Below, one piece after another: positions 25,136 to 36,605 of a stretch of DNA of 64,000 nt. Source of the DNA: Octopus sinensis (lineage: Eukaryota); assembly GCF_006345805.1 (NCBI RefSeq), contig NC_043004.1, positions 48,422,001 to 48,486,000 of the forward strand, given 5' to 3'. The notes below the pieces were generated by a model. It did not search any database. It was given only the letters and a program-made list of their open reading frames with translations, and had not been told where the DNA came from. Position 1 is the stretch's first letter, and each line of letters opens with the position of its first letter. Both the position numbers and the translations under genes were made by a program.

Positions 25136-25526
25136 TTTAGAAATTCAATATTTCTTATTTTGATAATCAGTGAATAAACTTCACTGAATATAAATATATA
25201 CAATTACAAAGTCGAGGCAAATATCACCGGCTGACCTGTGTCTGCTACTCTAGGCCGATGAAGGACAACGATCCTGAAACACGGTGTCCCTAGATGCAGT
25301 TCCGGCAGCCGGGGGTGTTTGTCTCCCCTTCGTATATCTATATAAGGACACAGGGAAAAAATGTGTCAAAGCTATCAGGAGGTGTTCGATGCCTCCTAGG
25401 GCTATACAGCGGTGGTGTACCCCCTACTGTCACGTTCTTGTTAGATTGACAGTATACAACCATTCTATCGCCCCACCACCGTACATGTCTCTACGAGAGA
25501 TTTAGAAATTCAATATTTCTTATTTT
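25136..25526 (+). mobile_element. hammerhead-containing structured retroelement (retrozyme / Penelope pLTR-like), copy B
   Basis: Perfect 26-bp direct terminal repeat TTTAGAAATTCAATATTTCTTATTTT at 25136-61 and 25501-26 (period 365); hammerhead and hairpins homologous to copy A. Confidence 0.8.
25242..25299 (+). ncRNA. minimal type I hammerhead ribozyme (U4C core variant)
   Basis: Stem I CTGC-TAC-TCTAGG / CCTAGA-T-GCAG; core CCGATGA (25255-61); stem II AGGA/TCCT with loop CAACGA; GAAA (25276-79); stem III CAC-G-GTG; GTC triplet (25286-88). Confidence 0.75.
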
Positions 25527-26188
25527 AATATATTGCTTTTCATTTTTGTCATATATAGCAGCAATGCAACAATGTTTCAACATAACTATATTCCATGTTC
25601 CAACAGGTCCCAACTTAAGAATGAAACTAAGAAATACTTGGAAGAAACGTTTACTGTTTATCGATTTATCCATATCTGCTGTCTACAACACTACAATCAG
25701 TACTAATAGGCCCAAGCCACTACTAGCCAAACAGTTATTGCGATCTTACTAAATCTTCGCTTCTTTCTAAGCCAATCTTTCCTCCATGACACTAGTTATT
25801 AAACTGCTACAAGAAACCACAATAAGAATTAGTGTATCCTGCAATTAGCCTCACAACCTCATGTCTAGCCTCACCTTTTGTATAAAAAAAAAAAAAATAA
25901 AAAAAAAAAAAAGTGTTATATTTTTCATATACTTATTTTCAGCTCACTAGCTGTGGCTATGTCAGACATTTAGAGATGAAGGCATCTTTAAAATGAAAAA
26001 TGTCCTAAATCCTTATCTAAACAACTAAATGTTTATATAATGCCTTGTAGTGTGTTCAAGTGACCTAGGTTCAGATTATGTCAGTGTAACCCAAGCACTA
26101 GAGAGAAGCAGAGCAGACAGAAAGTAGTTTTAGACTGACTACAGTAGAAACCTTAATCTTCGACTTCCACAGAATCTGGCCACAGACA

Positions 26189-26232
<44 letters not shown>

Positions 26233-27307
26233 GATTAGAGATTTACTAAGAGCAGAATATAGCTGTTAAAACTAGTTCAAACAAGAAGACTGGTAGGGTC
26301 ATGTCACTGCTATATAATGTATGTAAATACAACACACTTTATAGACAATACAGGGAAATAGAGAAAAAAAAAGTCAAGCAAAACTTTAATTTTATTCTAC
26401 ATTATTTCTTTCTATTTCTTTGCTAAACTAACAACAATGATAATAATAATAACAACAATTAATAACCAGAATGACAGTGGCAAATACAGCTTATGGCCAC
26501 AGTTTTACTAATTACCCTCCCTCCAGTATGATCTTTTCATCCTATTTTGGGTAATCTTATTTCAAAGAACTTCCCACCATCCAAATTCAACATTCTAAGG
26601 ACATACAAAATGGAAAGACAGATAATAGAGATGGTGGTAATCAGGAAAACCATACTGAGATAGATATACAAAAAGATAGGAAGGGAAAAAAACAGACAGA
26701 CAAGGTCCTTCATGTAACAGAAAATTATAGTTGTAAAAAAGTTGCTGGGATTAGAATCTAGATGGGAGAGGAGCCATGAGGGGTCAAAGTTCCAACACTA
26801 GTATTGTGCTGTATCTGGGACAAAAGGCATTTAACTCTAACAGTATTACATACATACCTACATATAGGTACACCTTGTACTTCTAAGTACAATAGAATGT
26901 TAGTGGTGAAGTACAGTGGGAGCTGGTGAAAAGACCTTAGTAACTGACTGTAGCCAGCAATGGTAAGTTCACATTCTCCCATGGATCAACCTGCAATAGA
27001 CTGGTATCCTGTGCAAGAGAGATATCTCTCAGTAGAACAGCACAGCATCTTGAAAAACTGAGATAAACTTCCTGTAACATTGTTAAATAAATGAAAGGAG
27101 AGAAAGATGATGTTGTAGGTTCATAATCCAATAGAAGTAGCTCATTTTGTTTTATTTTCTGTAGACTATTCATATAATTTTTGCAAACTGCAGACATTGA
27201 GAGAATCCCAAGATGAGAAATCAGAAGAAAACTCTATAGAACAAGTAACAAGAATGGTAAGATTGGTAAACATTTGTTTAAGAGATAATAGTAAACTTTA
27301 TACTTAC

Positions 27308-27343
27308 ATATGCTATACCATTTACACCTGAATTTACAAAACC
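27308..27343 (-). CDS. candidate 36-nt coding exon (GFVNSGVNGIAY)
   Basis: Very strong acceptor (long CT tract ending CTCCTTTCAG) and consensus donor GTAAGT; joins in phase 0 to the terminal exon. Confidence 0.65.
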
Positions 27344-29559
27344 CTGAAAGGAGAAAAAAAAAGAGAACTCAATCAATAAGATCAAAACATAATTCACCAA
27401 AAATGTAATAATAACAACAGTTAACAATAATAATAATTTCTAACACATGTACAAGGCTTCAAATTAGGGGGGAAAAGCAATTAATTACATCAACTGCAGT
27501 ATTTAACTGGTACAGAAGGATGAAAGGTAAGAAATATATAATCCCTATTATGACTATTGTTCTTACAACTCCCTAAGCAGCAAAGAAATACAACTATGGC
27601 CAATTCAGCAGAGATAGCCTTCTTATAGTTTATATAGTGGCTATGGTCTTGCATAGTCACAACCACCTGGCTGTAACTAGTGAAAAGTAATGGTAGAAAT
27701 TTTTTCACTGTCCTCAAAGTAAATCATCTAAGAATTGCAGTTTAAGAAGTTTACTTCACAACTAACATAGTTTGGGGCTAGACCCCACTGTGTATACCAC
27801 TTTGTTAACATATTGTGCGTGTGTGTGTGTGTTTCTCTCTGTGCATCTTTGCATTGATAACCACTTGAACAGCAATGATAATGTTTGTATACCCCATAAG
27901 CAAAAAGTCCAGTAGTTCAATGGTTCGGAGTGCAAAGACATGAAATATAGCAGCCTGGGGATCCATCCATAGAATGATATATCAAGAAACCTTGACCAAC
28001 CCTTGCCAGCATGGAAAGCAAAAAGACATAAAAACGATGATCATGATAGCGATGATGATACAAGGAACATGTGGAAGATTTTTATGTTAGCTTGAGATTA
28101 ATCATATTGTTTACAATTAATCCTTAGTAACATAACTGAAATCTTTTCAATCTCCATTTTCATTCTTGTCTCACATCTTAATGTTTCTAATACAAGACTT
28201 GACATCTAGAACAACTTCTCTCATAATCAAAACAAACCATTAATTATAATGATCAATAATCAATATAAGGTTTTTTTATGTATATGCATTTATTAATATT
28301 TACATATACACATAATGCATGCATACATTAAATCATATACAAAACACATATATTCTTTCACACTGTGTGTGTGTGCACACGCACATGAGTGAGTGTGAGA
28401 GTGAAGAGAGATGTAATTAAAGAAATTTAATTTCTGCGTGCATTTCCTTCCAATTTTACAAAACATGTTCACAAACAAATTTGACATCATTTTTGCCCTG
28501 GAAAAGAAGCCTAGGGACAAAACACAGTAACAAATCCTACTTATTGCCATAGTAGAAGTGTTCCTGCTAAACATTCAAATTTGTATGTGAGTATGTGCAT
28601 CATACAAACACAGATACAGATACACCTACGCAAGATAACAGAGGCTTGTGCACTCACACTTATATAAACATACATACACAAGGACAATGTACCAAAAAAT
28701 AAATTGTAATACAGTGTGAAGATTGACAGTATCTTAAGTAGCAATTTGGGGTTTTTATGTTGACAGAACAAAACAATATACAGAGAAAGTGCATGCACGC
28801 ACGTGTGCACAGACACACTGGTTAAAACATAGTTGCATACATTTACAGACAATCATACGGCAACATACAAACTCAGCACCAATATAAAGAAATGTTTCAT
28901 TGTACTTGTACTTCATTCAAAAACAGATACATTTCAACCACTAATAAAGAACTACAAGGTATCTGACTAATGTGAGATAGATGGACCAGGCCACATATGG
29001 CCAAATAGATCAACTTGGAGGTGAATCTTATAATCTTTAATTTTGCTTGTCTCTGAGTTGAAATTTAAATTTTAAAAGGATTAGCTGATCAAAGGAATAC
29101 TTTTGTACTTGTTCATGTGCGAAACCCCCCCCCCCCCGAAATCCCTGAATACACATGCAAGCTAAATAGACTTTGTTCTATCAGGTAATGGAATAAACAG
29201 TAGTCATGAATATATGCAACCATTCCATAATGAAGAATGTACTATGTAAGCATCATAGTAAAAGGGAACCAGAGTTAAAAGACCATCTAAAGAAGAAACT
29301 GTTTTGAAGCTGAAAGATCTCTTGGTTATAACTAAGTTTTAAAAAAAACGTAGTAATTGACATGCTGAAGAGGAGAAAGAGACCCTATAATATAGAAGAC
29401 AACTGAGTTTCTACGATGCTCTTTTTTTTTTGTGACACAACTTCAGAAGTTTATAAGACAACTTCAAAAGTTGAGAATACTTTGCTTTGTAGACTGGTGA
29501 TTACTAATAAAACCAGGTGGAAACGAATGGCTTGTGAGAATCATGTACACAGTTGCTGT

Positions 29560-30267
29560 CAACAAAACAAAAAGTGGCAATGAACTCAGTGAGAAATTTG
29601 TGTGGAGATAGGCGCCTATCAGGACTCAGTCAACTCTCTTTTACTATACTTTTCCAGACCATACTGGCTATTATGCCTATATCCTGGTTCTCAGGTGAAA
29701 GTTGAGCTGAAATTCTAATTGTGGAAGCAAAACCTAGAATCTAAACATTTAAAAGTAAACCTAGTAAAGACAGAAGTTTTAGCTAGCAGGAAAACAAGAC
29801 TAACTGCTATGTGATAAGTGACCATGCTCAATATGAAAACAGGGAATAGCTAGTAATTCTATGTAATAGACCCAAAATAAACTATAGATGCATAAGGTGC
29901 ATGGAATTACTAGCAGACTGAGTAAAAAGGATTTTGTGCATAGCAGATGCAGAAAGAGTAGTTAGCAGTTAAATCAGCTATGAAATAAATTCTTTCAAAT
30001 ATTGAGAGAACTTTTTAGAAATAGTTGATAGCTTCCATTACTTAGGTAAATTAATAGGCAATAGAGGTGAGTGTTCAGAAGTCGTTGTAGAGAGAATAAG
30101 AATATGGTGGACAAATCCAAATGAAAGACCCAAGAAAGATACAAGAAGTGGTGTAAACTGATCTCAGGAAACTGGAAATAATGACAAGCGATGAGATCGT
30201 GTCCTGAAGTAGACCTGTCTGATCTAAGCAAGCATGGGAAGAAAAAAACACTTGAAATGATGATGAC
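29560..30267 (+). mobile_element. RTE-clade LINE relic, heavily decayed
   Basis: Residual LEIVDSFHYLGKLIG..RIRIWW, VN..KT and RP.K motifs; ends GCATGGGAA..(ATG)n. Confidence 0.6.
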
Positions 30268-30834
30268 ATAAATATACTGTATTTGATGGCCTATAAGACA
30301 TACCTTTTTACCCAAAAATGGCTTTAAAAATCCCTCTTGCATCCAATGCACTCAATGTAGGCTCAAAATGGTATGTATGCTTACAAAACATGAGCTGCCA
30401 TTTATTGGTGAACAATTGCCAACGGTATGCTTTATATCGAATGTGGATGCAATAAATTGTTTATAATTACTGGTAATAACAAAGTTATACAGGTAAGTGG
30501 AGGAATTAAAACATTATTTTAGTGGTAATTTATTTTACAAAAGAATAGCCTAGGCTAGGGTGCACTCTATGTACTCATGCGTCTTATAGGGCCATCAAAT
30601 ACAGTAATCACTTTTATTAGGTTTCATTCATTGGACTACAATATATCGGGGTACTACACTCAAGTGTTTGACTCACCATATCAAACCCAATACTCAATCT
30701 ACTATTTATCTAAATATTTTTTTTTAAATCAAATAGCTAAGTTTTAATGTTTGTCAAAAAAGACTACAACTCCATACACCATGTTCACTGGTATACAAAA
30801 ATACCAGTATGTGTGCGTGTGTGTGTAAATGAAT

Positions 30835-31245
30835 TCTTCATCATCATTGTTTGACCGTGATCGAGACAATGGAATTTACCATGCTATGCCAGACTTCACG
30901 GTCCATCATAGCATTACGGAGGTCCTGTTGCTGGATGCCTGTATCCCTGGAGATTACATCAGGGTAGGAGAGTGTGCGTCCTCTGGTATTGCGAGTAGAT
31001 GGCTTCCAGAGGAAAAGAGTAGAAATTACCTCTTTTTCAGCTCTACAACAATGTCCAGCAAACTGGACTCTCCTACCTTTCACAAGAGATGACACAGGTG
31101 GTAGTTTCCCCATATATTTGCATTTTGGTTGGATGGCGCTTCCACGGGAGATTTTGAGCTCTCATAAGGAGGCGAGTGTAGGTTCCATCCAACCGCCTCT
31201 CAAGCCTAGTGAATTCTTAGTGAACCAAGCAGGTTTTCAAATATT
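30835..31245 (-). mobile_element. RTE/RTE-X-like LINE 3' end
   Basis: LERRLDGTYTRLLMRAQNLPWKRHPTKMQIYG, +1 frameshift at ~31110, then KLPPVSSLVKGRRVQFAGHCCR...DTG...MMDREVW; (ATG)n tail. Confidence 0.85.
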
Positions 31246-31266
31246 TGAAATGCAATGTATACCCTA

Positions 31267-31451
31267 TTAAATCCTTTAGCATTCAGATTATTCTGTCAAA
31301 TGTAATGTTTACTTATTCACATTGTTTTGAATTAATCATGCATCATCTTGCAGCTTTGAGATTTTCATGATAGGATTGCTTCTTTTTAGAAGGACGCTGG
31401 TTTGAGCATAAAACAGGGAGATATGGCCGATTTGAATGCTAAAGGGTTTAA
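31267..31451. mobile_element. piggyBac-type MITE, family P1 (reverse orientation, short internal deletion)
   Basis: TTAA..CCTTTAGCATTCAG ... GAATGCTAAAGGG-TTTAA. Confidence 0.85.
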
Positions 31452-31719
31452 CATAATTTAGCTTCTAAATGCGAAAAATGAATTAAGTGGTTGTACCAAC
31501 TCCTGGGAGACAACTTAAAGTCTGTGTTTATTCAAAAAGATATATCTTACATTTCAAATTACCCAAAATCTGCTGTGTAGGGCACCATTGATTAGTTCTA
31601 CATCAACAGTGAACACAATTAGTTATGCAAATTAGACAAACCAGTTTAATTATGACTGAGTTTGTAAACACTATAAATAGCTATAAGCAAATAATTTCTG
31701 TGGACAGAAGATGGGTATT

Positions 31720-31797
31720 CTTTCACTAATGAAGGTCTAACAAGTACATATAGTACACAGATCTGTGTACTTGTTAGACCTTCATCAGCAAAAGAGA
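31720..31797. other. hairpin with perfect 20-bp arms (pre-miRNA-sized)
   Basis: ATGAAGGTCTAACAAGTACA (31729-48) / TGTACTTGTTAGACCTTCAT (31766-85), 17-nt loop, imperfect basal extension. Confidence 0.6.
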
Positions 31798-33240
31798 CTC
31801 TATGTATCTAACCTAGTTAGCGATACAAAGAGATAAAAATACTATGGCATACTGTTTCTGTAAACATAGAATGAGGCTAAATCCATTGTTTATTGAAAAA
31901 AAGGTATCCCTTAATTTTCAAACTTTCCAATAAATGTTATGTGTGTAGTACACCATTAATAATTGATAAATCATTGTCAATACAAGCATTGTTATGCAAA
32001 TTAGAAAAATCAGTTCAGGTCGAGCATATTATAAATAGCTATAAGCTAATAATTATTTTGTGGATGGGAGGTGGATATTTGGTTTTCAGATGAAGGCTAG
32101 AATCTAATAAGACTGATTGCTTTTATGTCCACAAAGTTAAAAACAAAGTTTGCAATGTAATAATTTTTATCAAGTTGCATTATTAATTCAAAGGGTACAC
32201 TTTATATCACAATTTTCACTTTACACACACACACACACTGATGGGCTTCTGCACAATTCCAACCAACCAAATTTAGCTTACAACATATTGTGCACAAGTG
32301 TGTTATGTGTGCATTTCTGTATATTGATGTAAATATTTTGACAATTCTAAAGTGTTGGTACTCAGCTGAACTTGGCCATTCAATAAAATGACAACCAAAT
32401 ATAGTGCTTGACTAAGATCTCCAACATGGTCACCACCCTAAAACTGACTCTAGTAAAATATATTAATAAAATAATGGTTTCTAAATTTAAGCACAAGGCC
32501 AGCAATTTTGAAGTAAGATAGTTAATCAATTACACTGATCCTATTATTTCCTAACACTTTATTTCATCAAGATGAAAGGCCAAAGTGACCTCAGCAGAAT
32601 TTGAACTCAAAACACTAAGAGCCAAAACAAATGCCACAAGGCAGTTTTTTCTGACACACTCTGCAATGAAATAACATATAAAAAAACTGGGTCAGATAAC
32701 TGTGGTGATAGTGGTGTGTCAGCACTGAACACTGTTTTCAAGGTGTGTTTCTTGAGGAAGTTAGCTATGATGAAATTATTTTCGTTCAAGCTATATTTCA
32801 CACAAGAAGCTGAGCTCACACTGCAGCTTAACATAACACTCATTAGCTCGCAATGATACACCACATCTTGTCTGTGGTACCTATTTACTGGGTCAACTAA
32901 AGTCGTGTGTCCTAGGCTAGACTATATAATGCTGCTAACAAGATATACAAACCACTGCAATTTTGTTGACCACACATGTGTGTGTGTGCATTCATGTTCT
33001 TAACAACACTTCTCCACAGAGAGAAAAACAAAATGCAGAAGAAAAAAAATACCTATGTTTTTCATTTATCTTAAAATGTTACAAGAGAAAAGCTTAAACT
33101 ATATTTAGGTTTATAATATTTTCTTCATTGTATTCATTACTAATATAAGTAATTATTGCTATTCATAAAGACACTGACTTCTCAGTTTTTAAACAGCAAC
33201 AGTAATTCACTCAAGTAAAACTAAGTCACACTGCCATTAC

Positions 33241-33257
33241 TTGTATTATTACATGAT
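33241..33257 (-). CDS. candidate 17-nt coding microexon ((D)HVIIQ)
   Basis: Acceptor CATTTCGTTTTTCCATAG and donor CAA|GTAATG; converts phase 1 (40221 exon) to phase 0 (27343 exon). Confidence 0.35.
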
Positions 33258-33399
33258 CTATGGAAAAACGAAATGTATTTTAACACATCAAAAAGGTATG
33301 ATTGTGAATGTGTGTGTGTATTATGTGTATATTATAAATATGTACGTTTGTGTACTAGAATATATATGTATGTGTACACATACACATTTGTATATAAAT

Positions 33400-33505
33400 T
33401 ACAAACATATATATACATATATATATAAAACTAAAAAATATATATATACATATACACACATACATACATTTATATATATATATATATATATATACATATA
33501 CACAC

Positions 33506-33542
<37 letters not shown>

Positions 33543-33612
33543 CACACATACATACATTTATATATATATATATATATATGTGTGTGTATGTGTGTGTGTG
33601 TGTGTCTGTGCA
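33400..33612. repeat. compound (TA)n/(CA)n/(TG)n microsatellite
   Basis: Direct reading. Confidence 0.9.
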
Positions 33613-33827
33613 TAAATACATGTGTGTGAGGCTGCGTAAAAGGTTAATAGATTTGAGCCATTAATATAAAATACTCATCAAGTGAAATTCTACTTGTTTA
33701 TCAAACCAAATTCTTATAACAACCTTTCACCCATTTTCTATTTTCTCCAAATTTCACCTTATTTTTACCTATCAGTGTGTATGTTATGGGGCAAATGATG
33801 AATTAAAAATTTGAGATGAAAATTGAG

Positions 33828-33880
<53 letters not shown>

Positions 33881-34095
33881 GGGAGAGAGAGAGGGGGGAG
33901 TGTAGCTTGCTAGTGTGAAGTGAGGACATGTAAAGAAGTAGCTAGCTAGGGACATGAGGTGAAATGTTCCCAACAGAGTGAAGAATATCTAGACAGGTAG
34001 ACACAACTCTTGATTCTTCATGTAGCAATGCTTGATAGAAATCAATAAGGAAAGCAGATCAATAATAACAAGCAGCTGAGGCCCCTGCCTACATC

Positions 34096-34096
<1 letters not shown>

Positions 34097-34167
<71 letters not shown>

Positions 34168-34905
34168 TGTGTATGTGTGTGTAGAGGCCTACCATACACA
34201 GCAGCTACTTCACACACTCCAACAGCCAGTCAAAGCAACTTTCTAGCTGGCACACCTATTGCTGCCACAACTGCCACTACTACTACTACTAATGCTGTTA
34301 CCACCACTACTGCTACTACCACCACCACCACCACCACTACTGCTGCTACTACTACTACTCCTTGTGTGACATCGCTAACACCACCACCATTATTACTACT
34401 GACATCAACACCACTTTTACTGCTATCTCTACCACTGCCCTTACTACTACTACTACAACTACCACCACCACCACCACCATTACTACTAATACTACTACCA
34501 CCACCATCAGCACTGTTAACATGACTACTACCACGTCCACCACTAATACTGCTGCTGCCATCGTCACCACAGCAACATCTAATACCACCTCTACTTCAAC
34601 CACAACTTCCACTATACATCTACTACCACTACCAGCACCACACAACTGCTGCCCCGGCTACTATCACAACCTCTACAACTGCTTTTGCTACTGCCATTAA
34701 TAGCAGCTATGGCTCTCACTACTACTAATACTACTACTACAACTACTACTACTACCACCACCACCACCAGCACTGCAACCACTTTCCTCTCCACCACTTG
34801 TTAGCAAGCTCACCTCTCTACCACCACGCCTCCATTATCAGGTCAATACTATACAACCTTGTATGCCACTGGATTATTTTATAGAGCTCTGGGTGTACTT
34901 CAGTT

Positions 34906-34972
<67 letters not shown>

Positions 34973-34980
34973 GACAGAGA
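34097..34980. repeat. cryptic (ACT/ACC)n low-complexity block flanked by (AG)n arrays
   Basis: Direct reading; gives poly-Thr, poly-Val and poly-Leu ORFs on both strands. Confidence 0.85.
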
Positions 34981-35313
34981 GAAGCAAGTGCAAAACAAGT
35001 GAGTGAGAAAGAAAGAGTAAGGTGAAAGCAGAACACAGCTATTTGGTGTGTTGACAGTATTAACAAGAACAGCACTAAGTAATTAACTTTCTTACTGTAG
35101 ACAATAATACCTTTAAAAAAAAACAGCCTGAGTTAATTAAAGAGTATAGAGAAATCTAGAAATGTGTAAAAAAAAATTTGCACACTAAATTTTAAATTTT
35201 TTCAAAAATTAAAAAAAATATTAAGCAAAAAATCACCACCCAAAAGAACTTGACAAAATATACTAAAAACACATGTGAATAGGGATTTAAAATTATAAAA
35301 AAATATATATATA

Positions 35314-35462
35314 GGCGCAGGAGTGGCTGTGTGGTAACCACATGGTTCCGGGTTCAGTCCCACTGCATGGCATCTTGGGCAAGTGTCTTCTGCTATAGCC
35401 CCGGGCCGACCAATGCCTTGTGAGTGGATTTGGTAGACGGAAACTGAAAGAAGCCCATCGTA

Positions 35463-35506
<44 letters not shown>

Positions 35507-35722
35507 TGTGTGTGTGTGTATATGTTTGTCCCCCTAGCATTGCTTGACAACTGATGCTGGTGTGTTTACGTCCCCGTTACTTAGCGGTTCGGCAAAAGAG
35601 ACCGATAGAATAAGTACTGGGCTTACAAAGAATAAGTCCCGGGGTCGATTTCCTCGACTAAAGGCGGTGCTCCAGCATGGCCGCAGTCAAATGACTGAAA
35701 CAAGTAAAAAGATAGTAAAAAG
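35314..35722 (+). mobile_element. near full-length tRNA-derived SINE family A
   Basis: A-box-like TGGCTGTGTGGT, B-box-like GGTTCAGTCCC, internal (TA)n(TG)n and conserved 3' half. Confidence 0.92.
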
Positions 35723-36384
35723 AATATATATATTTTTTTTGTATTAAGTTAATCAATCCAAGTGTCTTTGATTCAAATGTATGTAATCATTGTAAGATAG
35801 GCAAGAAACTGGACATGGATCAGAAAGAAAAAATACTCTTGAGATACAACAGTTGTTTGATAAAATAGTAGCAAATTTGGTTATTATTCAGTTAGGTGAG
35901 GGCTTGTGTACATGGTAGTCAGGGTAATACTGGATCTGTGGGGTTCCTTCATTGGCGCTAGCTTGAGATTCTCCTGCATCATTCATGTGTTCACATACTT
36001 TGTATAACTATATATACTTTTATCTCATTTCACTGTCTTTTCTCTTTCTTTCTTCTCATCTTTTACATAAACTTCCACACAAATTGTAGACTGTCCCTTG
36101 TGATGTCCCCTCATCTATGCCCCTGTAGCAATTTCAAAGAAATCATTGTCGTTATTACTTGCAAGCTGGCAGAATCATCGTATTTTAGGGGGGAAAAAAA
36201 CTTTGAGGCATTTGTTCCAATTGTTTACATTCTTGAGTTCCAATCTCACAGAAGCCAAATTTGCCTTCTGGGGACAATAAAATAAAGTACCTATCTAAGA
36301 ACTGTCATCAATAGTATTGACTAAAGCCCTCCTATCAAAATTGTTGGCCTTGTATCTAAATCAGAAGCTATTACTATATAATAA

Positions 36385-36605
36385 AGGCAGTGACCTGGCA
36401 CAATCGTTAAGCATGCTGGGCAAAGTGCTTAGCAGCATTTCATCCATCTGTATGTTCTGAGTTCAAATTCTGCTGAAGTTGACTCTACTTTCCAGCCATT
36501 CAGGGTCGATAAAATAGGTACCAGTTGTAAACTGGGGCCAATATAATTGACCTGCCCTTCCCCTGAAATTGTTGGCCTTGTGCCAAAATTTGAAACCATT
36601 ATTAT
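36385..36605 (+). mobile_element. SINE family B, decayed
   Basis: GTTCTGAGTTCAAATTC..GACT..CTTTC..CC.TTCAGGGTCGATAAAATAGGTACCAG. Confidence 0.75.

Noticed and set aside
27165-27256. Plus-strand exon-like segment (TLRESQDEKSEENSIEQVTRM|GTAAG)
   Set aside because: No compatible neighbouring exons were found; the purine richness could be chance.
29360-29405. CTGAAGA motif suggesting another hammerhead (also 4412, 19021, 59122)
   Set aside because: No stem II followed by GAAA and no flanking stem I.
33241-33615. 124-aa plus-strand ORF and similar YIYI/THTH/CVCV ORFs throughout
   Set aside because: Translations of dinucleotide microsatellites.
34165-34797. Thr-rich, mucin-like ORFs (112-119 aa)
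   Set aside because: They arise from cryptic ACT/ACC repeats that are open on both strands and flanked by (AG)n; no splice or start context.
35314-35365. tRNA-like A/B boxes in SINE heads (also 23422 and 42990)
   Set aside because: No complete cloverleaf; they are SINE promoters, not tRNA genes.
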